Positions 12,349-25,741 of a stretch of 64,000 nt of DNA are shown here, piece after piece. Source of the DNA: Orbicella franksi (lineage: Eukaryota); assembly GCA_964199315.1 (NCBI GenBank), contig OZ116701.1, forward strand, positions 25,544,001 to 25,608,000, written 5' to 3'. Position 1 is the first letter of the stretch. Each line of letters starts with the position of its first letter. A program made the position numbers and the translations under genes. The notes under the pieces were generated by a model that was not told where the DNA came from, ran no database searches, and worked only from the letters and a program-made list of their open reading frames with translations.

Positions 12349-13789
12349 GCGGAAAATACATTTTTCAGCTTCCTGCGACACAAACGTTTACATCGCTGTG
12401 AATCTTTCTCAACTTTAATTGCATATATTGACTCTTCCTTGGTCAAGACATAGTGATTATTTTTATCTCTTTTCCTTTCCGAGCGAACTGAGCCCCGATT
12501 AAGTAAACACACTTTTCTCATTAATGCAAAACTCAAAAATAATCAAAATCCAGCGAGGCAAAAAGCTGACCGGTAGTGCTTTAAATCTTCTGATATTTTA
12601 ACCAAAGAGAGTCCAGTCATTGAGGTTTAGATTTGCAGTTTTGCGTGAACGCCGGTCAAAATTCCAGATAATTACAATTCAGCGCCATTGAAATTTACAA
12701 TGTAAGCTGTTGTAACACAACTCACCCCATACAAGAAAACAACAACAACAACAACAACAAAAAAAAGGCCAGAGGCTTCAAAAAAACGGGTCGAAATGCT
12801 TTTACGCCGATGAAACGTTAGAAACATAGCGCATTTATCTTGACCATCGCGTACAAGAGGAAAAAAGACAAGGAACACCAAACTCAAATCACACTGTAAT
12901 CTACTTCATTGTGTCACGCACGAACGACTTCGTAAAATTATCGACCCCAAACCAGGTGATATTTTAAAATATCTGTGTTGTTGATGGGCAAAATGTTGCT
13001 TTAATAAGAGAGGATTAACTAGTTAACCTGCTGATAGAATAAAACAGCCCTGACAGACACACAAATCGGAATAGTGAAAGATAATGTTATCACGGAAGAG
13101 TAGCTTAATTTATGCCGCCGAAAAGTTTAAATCGCATCGGTATAAAAATAAACAAAGCACTTTTCTCTGAATAAACAGAGTGTATTGCTGGGGAAGTTCC
13201 GTGACATATTCAAAAGCGATTTTGTGTTCCTTCTTTAGATTCTCGGTGGAATTTGACTTCAATACGAACAAAGTACAACAATGTAGTCGACCCAACTTCC
13301 GTCATACCGCTGTCCGGAACCTAAAGGGAAATAGGCCTATTTTGGCACGGTGTTGATGTTTTCAAAAACCAACTAGCTTACGCGTGCAACTTACGAAAAT
13401 CTATCCCGCTCATCGAGCATCGTTATAGTTGGGTGAAGGTCAAATAGTGTAGAGTAACTTATGCAGCGTACCAGAAATTGACTCGGTTCCCGGGGAGGGG
13501 GGAGGGGGGCACCCCGGGGCTAGGTCCTTGTAAGGTTCTACGAAACGTACAAATGCAGATTTCCGCCCTCACCTCCACCTGCTAACTACTAAATAATCTC
13601 ATAACTGTAAACAGCTTATTAAATTCTCTCGGTTTTACGAGCCACAGTTGCATTCGTCCACAAGCTGCGACAGGCGACTGATGTACGGACTCTTTGGCCT
13701 TTGCGTTATATCGCAGACATCCACGCTCAATTCAGTGCAAATGCTACGCAGCATATCCACACTTAGCGATGTCGGTTTCTTCTTGCGCG

Positions 13790-16700
13790 CTGGCATGAGC
13801 TCACAGATATTGTAGCCTGACGAGGATACAATTGGGTGCTGAAGGGAAACCTCCCTCATCACATATACACAGATTTCCAAATGGGCCGCCTCCGCCTCGA
13901 TCCGCTGCTCTGTTATCTTCTCCTAGGACCTCGTCGTCCGATTCTCCACGGTTCACTCTACTGGGAGCCAGCTTTTTCTTTGTAGCCATTCGTGAGAAGA
14001 ATCCAGCGATTTGCTGTCCTGTTAGAACTTCTGGTTGAAACCGGCGAGCTCCCAACTCGTCCCTAGCAGATCTCATTAATTTCGAGACCTCACTCAGATC
14101 TGCTTTCCTTTCCTACCACTTTGCTCGCCAATTTCAAATTGTTGTTTCAAAAATTCATTCTGTTTCTGCGTAAAACGAGCCTTCTTGGTAATTGTTTTTA
14201 GAGCCCATCCCACTGGAAGGGGAGTTAAGCACTGACTCTGTTCTTTACATTGTAACTGCACAGAGGAAATCCTGCCACTTTCATCCATTAGCTTTGAAGC
14301 GTAAACTCGTTTAGCCTTGTCATACAGTGTTTCCTGTTCAGACAGTTGTTTGTGTTTACCCGTGTCTAGAAGTGCTTGTAACGATGTAAAACGGCTGTAG
14401 GCTTTATACATCCTTCCTCGGGGCACGGGAAAAGTAGTGAGGCCTGATCATTTTCACTATCATCATCATCTTGGTCTTGACTGGTGGTCTCGCTGGTTGC
14501 TTCTTGATCCCGTGTAGCTGTTTTCTTTACATATCTGTGTCTCACGCTCTTGAAAGATGGCTTAGTCTGCGATGGGGGGGGGGGGGGGGGGGGGAGGGGG
14601 TGAAGCACTTCTAGGACTTCCGGGATCTGCAAAACGCCCTCAAATTGAGACCATGGTATCAACTTCCCTGGACCCACATTGAACGCTCTCTACGCTCGTA
14701 TTCCGCTCTCTTCATACTTGAAGTTGTTAAGCAAGCTAACACCCTCCCATTTGACTGGCGGAGTAATTGACGTATTGAGAGAGACGTAACTAGCTTTCGC
14801 ACAAGACTCTGGACCAGACTCTATGGCAGTTTTCAGCTCCACAGCTGTTGTCACATCATGACCCTCGTTAACATGTCTTCTTACATCTTCCTTGATAGTT
14901 GCTGCTTGACGGTCACAGACTCCTTTGCCGCCTTGAGGGTCGGAAAGTCGTTCCGTTCTACAACCACCCCAGCGATGTCACCTGCTAGTTTAGCTGAAAA
15001 AATTGTATACCCGCTGTGGTAACAGCCCGCGTTATCTTGCCTGTAATATAAGTTCTTTCTAATTCCGACATTTCCTTCTTCAGTAAGGCAAGACAGTCCT
15101 GCATGATAGATACCACGGCGGCGCTGTCGTGTGAACAGTTCTGAAAGACATGCTCAAATGTTTGAGCGCTCGCTTTCCTCCTACTTTCTGATTGCAACTG
15201 TAATATGCCATGGTGGCCCACGCTTAGCAAAAAAATCCGACTGCGGCTCTCACAATTTCCGTGGCATGAGTTTCATCGCCCACTCCTGAACGAGGAACAC
15301 ATCAGATTTGCTCTTGATGTTAGCCTCTAAGACAGAACATTTGGCTTGATCCTGGTGAACGGAGCGCAACTGATGGGCTTTCCAGGTCATGATGTTATTT
15401 TTTGCTTGCTTAATAGTGTGCAACATGTCCTCCTTATCCTCGTCATTGCAAAGTGCATGGGAATACTCACTTTGAAAGTCAGGGTCTGTCAAATCACTTA
15501 GGGCGTAAGTCCCACAGTGATCAGCAATGTTCGACGACTCAACCACGTGGACCTTAAACACACTGAAGACAAAGCAAACCACAACTGTGTTTTACGTATA
15601 CAATTTCAACTGCAATACTTTTTTGACTAAGCGACACCCCCGTCCCCCCATACTCCGAATTAAGCGTCCCTCGAATAAAACCCACGCTCCATTAGGTGTT
15701 TATTTCTGATACTGATTTTCAAATATAATATACCAAAACTATCCAGCAAGATATTTTCACTTTAGGAAGGTAATTCGCAAGACTTGCTGTGTATAATGTC
15801 TGTCCCATTTTCATGAATTTCTTCTGCCAAACCTCATACTGAACCATAAAACGAAATAAAGTACCTTGTAGTCACTCTTAAGGTATTGCTTCGATAACCG
15901 CAGCTGTTGCTTCATTTCTCTCGTCCTGACTTCCGTTTTACCACAGTCCACCAGTTTATCGACCAGTTTGTCCAAGTAATCAAATGCGTCGGTTCCTTGG
16001 GCGGAAAAGTTGTCAAGTCCTTGTAAAGACTTCCTAACAGACGCTAAACACTCATCCAAAACTCTATGTAGTGTTCGCTTGCTCATGGGCTCAAAACCTC
16101 TTTCACTACAGTATTGTTGGTACTGTTGCACAATACGCTCAGGTATCATCATTCTGATCACGTTTGGGGTCTTAATAACCTCACCAGTTGATAGCTTCAA
16201 AAGCCTTTCGCCAAAAGGAACATCTTGGAGAACATGCGGACTTGTGATGAACGAAATGAAATCTTCTAATTTTCCCTGGTCAACTTTCATTCTCCGGTAT
16301 TCGTGGCTTGGAATCGGTTCTGCTCTCCCATGTAGCAGGGTATGGTGTCGAGCTATGTTATAGCGGTAATTGGTGACCGTTGGGATAAATTCCTGCACTT
16401 CTTTGAAAGACAACTTGTCCGACAGGATTGAGAGTATTTACCGTCGAGTACTCCAGTGCTGAGCGTTTAAGCAACTCTCGCCAAACGCTTCAATAAGCTC
16501 CAGATCCTTCCGACTTCTCCCGCCAGTTGTTCTTAAATACCCTTTGCGCTCACATAATTCATCCCACAAGCATTTTGAATCTTTTGGAGCAAGGACATCC
16601 AGAACTGCTGAAACGCACTGCTCGGCTTTTCCTACATATCGGCGCTTAGAACGGCTTTGTGCTTCATTTCACGGTACTGACAGTACGTGGCGCACTGGGC

Positions 16701-16895
16701 TGATGTCTCGAGCCTGTAGAAGGCGGTTGAGTAGTTCCCTGAACTCGTCTTGCACGTCGGTTAAACTAACTTCGCTTTCCTGTGAAGCCTCGTCTGGTAC
16801 ATAAAAGCTCTCTCGTTTATACTTGCCTTTACATTCAGTTTCAGTGGTAGGAATGGAAAAAGAAATGTCGCTATCAGTTTCATGATCGACCTGAA
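13790..16895 (-). pseudogene. Decayed intron-containing DDD transposase, tentatively Sola3-like (copy A)
   Basis: Fragments: ASVRKSLQGLDN, VQEWAMKLMPRK, RQDNAGCYH, GGKGVCDRQAA, FPCPEEGCIK...LDTGKH, GWALK...QQIAGFFSRM. The superfamily assignment is from recalled motifs. Confidence 0.7.
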
Positions 16896-18683
16896 GTGCG
16901 AAAAAGGAAAGAAGAGGTTTGAATTGCATGTGCGACGCTAGGGTGGGGTTGGTGGGTGGAGGGGGAAAGCGATTAGGTACTTTTGTCTTTCTCATTGAAA
17001 CCTAACAGGGCACTTTCCATATATTACAATTCAACTTGATAGTGAGGTTTAGAGGACACAAGCAAAAGAAATGAATAAACATGGTCATTCAATTTCCTTT
17101 GTTTGTGTCCTCTAGGCATCGCTGCCAAGCTTAGATAAAGAGAGGGTGCCCCGGCTAACCGAGTTACCCGGATAACTGAGCTACTCTGGGAGAGCCAATT
17201 GTTCAAACGTTCCGTTAGAAAACACATTGAAGCGTTTACATACCAGAAAGGGTGACCCGGCTAGCCGAGGCGAGAAGACAGCTAAAGCAGCGTTATATTC
17301 CAAGACAGCCTTTAACGTGAACTGCCTCTAGTGACTACCCTCAATTAGTAGAGCGAAAAATAATAGCCCGAGACACTGAAAAGCAGCTGCTAGCGTAACG
17401 GTGATTAAAAATTTACACTTGCTGCGAAAACGTTTTTTTTTTCGTCGGTCATCTGGTTTGTTGTGCTTAGATGCCGCTATTTTCAGTGAAAGAGATCTTT
17501 GTATATTTTTATACTATGATTTTACATTTCTGTTTTCTACTTTAGCATTTTATTGAGGGCTACATACTCACCAGGTTTAACTCACTCAAACCATCTGCGA
17601 TCTTAGCAACTTCTTCTGTCATATCCCTGTTTCAGGTACTTTTTCTTTATACACGCTGAGCATCTTTCTACATTTTACGCAAACTCCTTCCGAAAAAAAA
17701 GAAAAAAAAAAAGGCGAACGCGTTAACAGTACAAAAATTATTCCAAAGAGGCGTGATCTTAGACGGATAGAAAATTTGAAGCCGAACCAAGTTTAACTGT
17801 AGCTATTTTTGAAAACATAAACAAATAAAACAATTACTAAAGGCTGGTGGTGCGATGAAAGGACTGGAAGGGGTGGGGGAAAAGTAGAAATGTGACAGTA
17901 TGTTTTCCTCATTACGAACCTAACGTAAGTGTCATTGTCTGAGAAAGTGTTCCAGGGGCCAAAAGTTGTGGTCGACTGATTTGGCTGAAACATGGCACAG
18001 AAGTTGGGTGCAATGAGATATTTCAAAAGCCAATTTGGCTCACTTTTCTGACTTTTAGTTTTGGAGTCTCAGGGGAGGTCTCATTTTTTGCCCTTTGAAC
18101 ACCAAAAACCCAGCCTTCCAGGGGACATTTTGAAAGCGCCATAAAACCCAATTGGTAAATTGTGCTTCCAAATGAATTTGACCATGAACTCTACCATAAT
18201 AGAGCTTTCATTTCATACATGTAACTTTGTCCTCGAGGTACTGGACAAAGAGGGGCCTGGGGCTAGACTTTAGCAAAATTTGATGTTAAAATTACAACCC
18301 AAAAGTGCCATTTATCAAAAACTCAGTGTATCTACCTGCCTTCTTGCATAACTTCCGTACCTATACCATTATTTACTTTAGTGACCCAGTTATCAAAATC
18401 AGTCGAGAAAAATATGGCTTATCAAAGTTTGCTGAATTTTTGCCACAAACACTCCATGCCCATCTAAGGCCATTCAAAATGGAATTTTGAGCATAATTCA
18501 TGCCATGAACAAACCAAATTGCTGACATGAAGCCCTTATTCTGTATTTGGTAAGTGAAAATGAATTGCTAAAGCCAAATCAGTTTGATTGTTTAGAATTA
18601 CTGTGATTCTTACCTTACAATTACTCTTAAAAGGCCTTTGATTGAACAAAAAAAGGATGAATCTCTTCTTTGAAAACCTAGTA

Positions 18684-19106
18684 CAGTCGACCCTGTCATA
18701 GCGACCGCTTCTCGTAAGCGACCACCCGACATGATCACGTATGACTGTAAGAAAACCATTGCTCAAATATCACAAAAGTTCAGTTTTAAAAAGCGCTGAC
18801 CAAGCGTGCTCACAGATAATAGCAGTTGCCTAACAAAAAAAGGCTGCAATACGATCTGTAGGTAAAAATGGATTGTAACATTGATGTAAGATGTTATGTA
18901 CAAATTTTCAACAGTTTCAAGCGTTATTCGATTTGAAACATTATTGGCAGTTGTTTGTTTGCTCGTTAGGTAATAACTTTATGTCATCACGTTAATCACT
19001 TCGGTTTGAGCTTATTCTCTTATTTTTTCTCGTAGATGACCCCTTCTCAGCGTAAGCGACCACTTTGTCTTGCATCAAGGGTGGTCGCATACAAGAGAGT
19101 TGACTG
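18684..19106. mobile_element. Tc1/mariner (pogo-like) MITE
   Basis: TA|CAGTCGACCCTGTCATAGCGACC ... GGTCGCATACAAGAGAGTTGACTG|TA. Confidence 0.85.
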
Positions 19107-20429
19107 TACACATCATAGAGCACAAATGACAATGTTCTTACCTTCATTCAAAAATATTTGAGATTTTCTCTGATTTATATTTTTCAGGTCATATCTCCAT
19201 GTATTACCGCAAGCATGGAAAGTCCCCATAATTTTCCAAGTCATTTTTTAAAAGTTAAAGTAAGCTTAGCAAAAATGATCGTTAACAGATAATCTTTGTC
19301 TGACATTTTAATACCCTAAATAGCTCTTGCATCAGTAATGAATCATGGCCAAACGTAGATACAGTGTGCATACGAGCTGCAGTGATCAGCGTCTCGGTGA
19401 CCTGCGATCCATCAGATTTCCCAAATACTTTATCGCTCACTAAGTGAAACCATAGAAGAGATCCACGTGGATTCATTGCCTATGTATTAGCACGCAGTCT
19501 AATTAGTTTAAATCTTCCAAGCAAATCCGATAACACAAACTTATTCGGTAGATTTTGAGACAATATTAGGGCCTCATAACGATGCGAAGCAGAGAGGCCA
19601 TCTGCAGGAAAACATTCTCTACCATGGTGACATTATGGTGTCGTAATACCGTCTCAAAATCGAATGTATTTTTTATCGCGATTCATCTATTTTGTAGAAA
19701 CAAAATGCTTAATCAATTAATCGAGCTTCAGAATACAACGATAAATCTGAGATAGGTTTCACACTGGGTATAAGATTCCTAAAATTATGCCACCTCTGTT
19801 TACATACTAAAATAACTAATTATAAGTAATTAAAAAATGTATCCAAATAATTTTTGTAACCAAGAATGTTATCCGTGAAACAAGGCATTTTCTCGCTTAA
19901 AATGTCAGCTTCATCAAAAAGCTTCGATGCAGCATGATTGCAAAGATTTTTCTTCGACGAAACCAGCAAATATAGGAAAACGATAGAGTTTCAAGCTCGA
20001 ATTGTGATTGCGTGATAAGCATCTGCACAGGTAAAGCTGAATGTAAACAAACAGAGTGAGCGGACGAAAAACAGCCTTCAAGTTATTCTTATCGTTGTTT
20101 CTGGTTCACGAGATTGCTGCGATAAAATAACTGTACTTTAACCTTTCAAAGTTAGGATTTTAGTCAACCCTTTTGCCCTGTCTATGAACAATTTGTTGAA
20201 TGTTAGTTTCTCTTCGCAAGAACCAAGTAAATCACCTCGAGAAATCTTCGTCACAAACAAGCAATTTGAGACGACAAAATCGTAAAATATCGTGGTCTCT
20301 GTCCAATAAAAAGAGTCCACTGGATCGCGATAAAAGCCATTTGTGCGCGTGTATGATCCCAAACTGATATTTTGAATCACCTGTAGCTTTTGTATTACCA
20401 GGTCTTCCTCTTGCCCGGGACGCACCTGA

Positions 20430-20564
20430 CCCCTTGTACTTTTCCTTCAACCATTCAAGCATGTCTATCTCGCAGGACAACAAAGGAACCATTCCTGTTT
20501 CGTGCGCAGCCCATGATGCAGCGCCGCACTGGTCACTTACCCCTCCAAAGGAACAAAGCGCCAT
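20430..20564 (-). pseudogene. N-terminal fragment related to the Sola3-like transposases
   Basis: MALCSFGGVSDQCG...VPLLSCEIDMLEWLK parallels METCGYSELVGEPCG...IERCRRNIKSHLK at 25742. Confidence 0.5.
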
Positions 20565-21937
20565 CGTGAAATTACCCTCGAATTTCTTACACCTGACAAA
20601 ACAATGGCAAAGCATACCCACGAAACGGAAGAAGAATGGGAACTCGGTTCAGTCCCCACTCTCTCCTATGTCCAAAATGGCGGGCCAGTTGATACGTCAT
20701 CTCAATGCAAGGCCTCGTTTGGTTATTGTATCTGCAACAAAAGCTTTTTGTTTTACTATCCAGCTCTCTGAACTGTACATTCCTTCTTGACGTATGGTTT
20801 CATTTTCTCCGCTCTAAAGGACTCTGAAATAATGGGTCACATCGACACTGCTATAAACTGCAGCTCGTATGTTTGTAATATATCTATGTATGCATGGTCA
20901 TGCTCCTTTACTGGTGGGTATTTACAAGAACTATGCAGGCTGTTAACAGACATAGATTATTTGCTAACGAACGTTTTTGTTAAGCTAACTTTGTCTTGTA
21001 ATCGTATAAAAAATCAGGCCTGAGAAAATATGGAGATTTTCCATGCTTGGAGCAAGAAGAATTATGACTTGAAACTAAATATAAATCAATGAAAAATTCA
21101 AGCATCGTTTAAAAAAATCGTTATATCTAGGCAAGGCCTTCATCATTTGTGCTGTTTGATCTGTACTAAGTTTTGAAAGAAAACTTTAACCCTTGTTTTG
21201 CTAAATCAGGGTGTTTGTTGTGCTAATCAAAGGCCTTTTAAGAGCAATTGTAAGGTAAGAATCACAGTATTTCTGAACAATGAAACTGATTTGGCTTTAA
21301 CATTTCATTTTCACTTACCAAATACAGAATAAGGGCTTCATGTCAGCAATTTGGTTTGTTCATGGCATGAATTATGCTCAAAATTCCATTTTGAATGGCC
21401 TTAGATAGGCATGGAGTGTTTGTGGCAAAAATTCAGCAAACTTTGATAAGCCATATTTTTCTCGACTGATTTTGATAACTGGGTCACTAAAGTAAATAAT
21501 GGTATAGGTACGGAAGTTATGCAAGAAGGCAGGTAGATACACTGAGTTTTTGATAAATGGCACTTTTGGGTTGTAATTTTAACATCAAATTTTGCTAAAG
21601 TCTAGCCCCAGGCCCCTCTTTGTCCAATACCTCGAGGACAAAGTTACATGTATGAAATGAAAGCTCTATTATGGTAGAGTTCATGGTCAAATTCATTTGG
21701 AAGCACAATTTACCAATTGGGTTTTATGGCACTTTCAAAATGTCCCCTGGAAGGCTGGGTTTTTGGTGTTCAAAGGGCAAAAAATGAGACCTCCCCTGAG
21801 ACTCCAAAACTAAAAGTCAGAGAAGTGAGCCAAATTGGCTTTTGAAATATCTCATTGCACCCAACTTCTGTGCCATGTTTCAGCCAAATCAGTCGGCCAC
21901 AACTTTTGGGCCCTGGAAAACTTTCTCAGACAATGAC

Positions 21938-22676
21938 CAGTCCGGGATCGTTATCAGAGTTGATAACCTCGACCAAAACAAACCATTAACCAATCGCTGC
22001 ACAAGTTTTCGTTCGCGTGACATTATTTGGTAGGAACAGTGTATAATTCAATATGGCGGTCGACGGGGCGCTGCGATGCAAAACTCGACAACAGTAAACC
22101 TACCCGGCCCCGTGTAATGACCAAGCTATATCCGCAAAATCGACATAAATTTGCTATTTTGATTCTATGGGTACCAGTATCCGCCATCTCAATACCTAGG
22201 AACACATCAATTACAGCTGTAAATATGGCCGCCGTTACGAACAACTCATCGTAAATCAAAATACTCCCGTGCACTTTTTTCACAGATCGTGCACAACACT
22301 AAAAACGCGTTAAATCCCAAGAATATGGCGTGAAGATTAACGACATATTTTTTGTGATATTCGCAAAAATCTGCAAGTAACTTAAATCTAATGACAAAAT
22401 GAGAAACATACCTGGTTTGGATGCAAAATTGCAAGCGCTGTTTCACTTTACGAGTAGCATTTTACATCGTTTACGCTGGTCTTCAACCGCCATCTTCAAA
22501 ACACGTGAGGCTCCTTCTTTTCTGGTACTTATCGAATAGAATTATGGGTGAATTACCCGAGTATAATCGAACAAATAACGAGCAAAGCGAAGTGAATACG
22601 AAAAATCCCGATTTTTGAAATGGCCGCCATGTTGTGACGTCACATGGTTATCAAATCTGATAACCATCCCGGACTG
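21938..22676 (-). mobile_element. Non-autonomous element with 31-bp TIRs, 5-bp TSD and a Chapaev/RAG1-type N-terminal ORF fragment
   Basis: TIR CAGTCCGGGAT(C/G)GTTATCAGA(G/T)TTGATAACC, 29/31 match; TSD ATGAC (21933-21937, 22677-22681); ORF from 22187 (-) reads MADTGTHRIKIANLCRFCG. Confidence 0.88.
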
Positions 22677-22832
22677 ATGACACTTTTTTCTTCCATCAGG
22701 GGAAACTTTGTACCCAAAGACTGGAGTTTTGCTTTATATCTGGATAGACTGCTTTTATATGACAAACACAGTGCGAGCCGCTGATGGAATACGGGCTCCG
22801 ATAAATGAAAGTCGGAGCGGTCGCAATTAACT

Positions 22833-23042
22833 CAATCTCGTTCCCAGAGCCCACGTGTCTTTTGGTCATCGCCAAGACACGAATCTCTGGAATAATCAAT
22901 TTCCAGACGCCAAGATGTTAGGAGTTCCGGTTTCACGGCGCATGCGTGCCTTGGTTTAAAACATGGCGATCTCGTTGCCAGAGCCAACGTGTCTCTTGGT
23001 TGGCGCTGATCAAAAGACACGTGGGCTCTGGGAACGAGATTG
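22833..23042. mobile_element. Mutator-like MITE
   Basis: TIR CAATCTCGTTCCCAGAGCCCACGTGTCTTTTG; exact 9-bp TSD CAATTAACT (22824-22832, 23043-23051). Confidence 0.92.
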
Positions 23043-25741
23043 CAATTAACTGGCTATTAAGAGCAATCGTCCCAAAATTTCGCCTGGAGGTAGGCAAAAT
23101 GAAAAATTCGAAAATCCCCAAACTTTGCCAGAACATAGGTCTGGATGAACTATTTCTAGAAAAAATACTTTAAGCTCGATTAGATTTTTATTTTACGCGA
23201 ACGACGACAAAATCGGTTTGGCGGCTCTCATATCAGTTTCACGAGCTCCAAACAATGTATTATTTGAGCTTCGCTTAAAAATAAACAAAACGGTAACTCT
23301 GGCCATTGAATATCTAAATGAAAAGAACACATATTTACAAACAGTCTGACATGTTATTTGTCCGATTCTATCGCAAACTGAATTTTTGGGCGATTTTTGC
23401 TTTTCTTCAATATTTCACTCATTTCGGCGGACAAAAAAACGGCAGAAATGAGAGGGTAAAATAGCACCTTGGTACATGGCATGGAATTACGTCAAGTTAA
23501 TCCAGCGAAAGAACAGGGTTTCTTCTTCAAATAGCTGCAATAAAATTTTTGCGCTACTTAAGAGTCACTGCCTGTAAATATGGAGAATCCGACGACAGGT
23601 CGGAAAATTCAGATTTTCTTTTATTGCGTCAAAAAGACCCATTTGATAAAGTATTTTCAGAAATATACTTTCAAAGTTCCAGCGACTTCACATTTTTGTG
23701 AAATCTTGGAAAGTTCGAAATACTGCTCAATCAACCAAGATGGCCGATGGAATTTATGCAAAATTGCACATTTTCAACAGACCAGTACAGAAAGAAGGGA
23801 ACTTGCCTGGATTTCATATTCACACAGTTTGTAATTTACACTTTGATCATTCCTCTGAGCTAAAAGTCATCTTGAAGTAAATATGTTTTGTCTACTTCTT
23901 GGCCGTTTGAAAAATACAACTATCGCAATTTACTTTACAAGAAAAATTTCAACTGATTTTAGAGGGTCATAACTCTTCTAGTATACAAATCTCTCAACAA
24001 ATAAAAGGTTCTAAAGGAAGAGCTATGCTATAGGTATACCATATCTAACTGGCTAGCTTGGCCCGTCAAAATTAAAGGGTATTTTGACCAATTGCGTCGT
24101 TTTTGGACGAGCGAGCAAGAACTTCGATTTCGCAGTCATCTTTATGAACATAATTCGACATGTTTCATAACACAAATTATTCGCAGACATCGTGTATTGT
24201 AGACTGAAGCAATACTTTAAATAATACCTCAGAATAAGCCTTGGTTATAGATGACACAGTCTTCTAGAAATCAGCCGGCGCCCAAGCAGACGATTTTGGC
24301 AAAATGTCGGCCCTCAAGGTGGAACGGTAGTCCTGCATTCAAAACTTGAGCACCTTTGGCGAATAAATGGAGAAAAGGCATCGCAAATTCTTCCTTGGAT
24401 TTATTAGTTCTCTCTTTTTACTTTAAAAAAGGGGAACCAATCCCGACTGCAGCGATTAATAGAACGTTCGCTCGGAACGAAACGCAAGTGTTTATGTAAC
24501 GTTCGTGTACACAACAGGAATATGCAAATTGTTCTCCTTGTCACGGTGTCACGCCATGCAATTCATCACGACAACATATCTAACAACGTTGGCTGACCAG
24601 TCACAGTTTTAAACCGCTGCATTTGAACTTTTCCCTCTACATTGTTTAGACGAAGATACATATGGAAAATGGCCAAAAAGGAAGTAGCGAACGTTTCTCG
24701 GTTTTATCTGTCAAATTTACGAAGATTTTGGATTGTGAAACTCCCGTTCATGACTTTATGAGTCTTTATGGCCCGTCACAAGAGTCACGTCGTCTTCTCA
24801 CGTAGATTTCCACAGGACTTTGCCATCTATAACCAAGGCTATTGATTAGGTATGATTTAAATTATTGCTTACATGTGTGATACACAATGTCAAAGAATAA
24901 TTTGTGTGATGAAACAAATCGAATTATGTTCATAAAGATGACTGCGAAATCGAAGTTCTTGCTCGCTCGTCGAGCCATTTGAACGCCACCAAAGTAGACC
25001 AAACAAGCGAAGTACGCGCGTGAACGCACTGCTCTAATCTTTGACCGGAAAGGCTGAGTCTGCACTTGATGGGTCATAGTGCCAGGCGTTCCTAGCGGAG
25101 AGCGCGAAACTGGGGATGATAATTGCAACACGAAGACGGAACAGTAGTGACAAAACTATGGCTACTGACTTAACAAGCAACTGTATGATGCTCCTACGAA
25201 CACCTCAGATGTTGAAGAAATCGGGGATCAACAAAGGAAACGCAATGAATTACCTGGCATTCGTCGTCCGAATCGTCCAGGTTTGTGCTGTAAAGCCCCG
25301 TGACGTGATTGGCTGAAAAAAAGAGGAGCCTGCACTCATTGTGGTTAGTTGAAGAATATCTTTTCATATTTCGAGCTGGTATCAGTTTATTTTTGTTTAT
25401 TTTATTTTCGAAAATTTAATTTTACATATTTTTCTTATAATTATCATAGTTATTCGATGTTCCGGAATAGAATGTTCCGGAATGTTCCGGGGTGTCCCAT
25501 GTTCCTGGTTTTATCGACGGCCACATTTTAATAGATGGGAAGAAAATTTACACGTGGGTATAATCCTGTGCGTCTGGGAATCATCAAATACTTAGCACGC
25601 AATGACTGATGCGAGAGCACTTTAATTTCGCTTTCGATATCCACAAACAAACGTCTAAACCGCCCACCAACACATAATCAGATTACTTCAGAGTCGATAA
25701 TCTGTGCCGCGTTTGTACAGTTGCATGATACAGGTTAAGAA

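Larger units (their letters stand above)
17925..22685. mobile_element. Non-autonomous DNA transposon with ~720-bp inverted arms (17925-18643; 21225-21937 plus 22677-22685)
   Basis: The arms are near-identical reverse complements; the ORFs at 18305 (+) and 21378 (-) differ by one residue. The interior carries a transposase N-terminal fragment. Confidence 0.88.

Noticed and set aside
18305-21563. Twin 61-aa ORFs as duplicated genes
   Set aside because: They are incidental ORFs in the two arms of the long inverted repeat.
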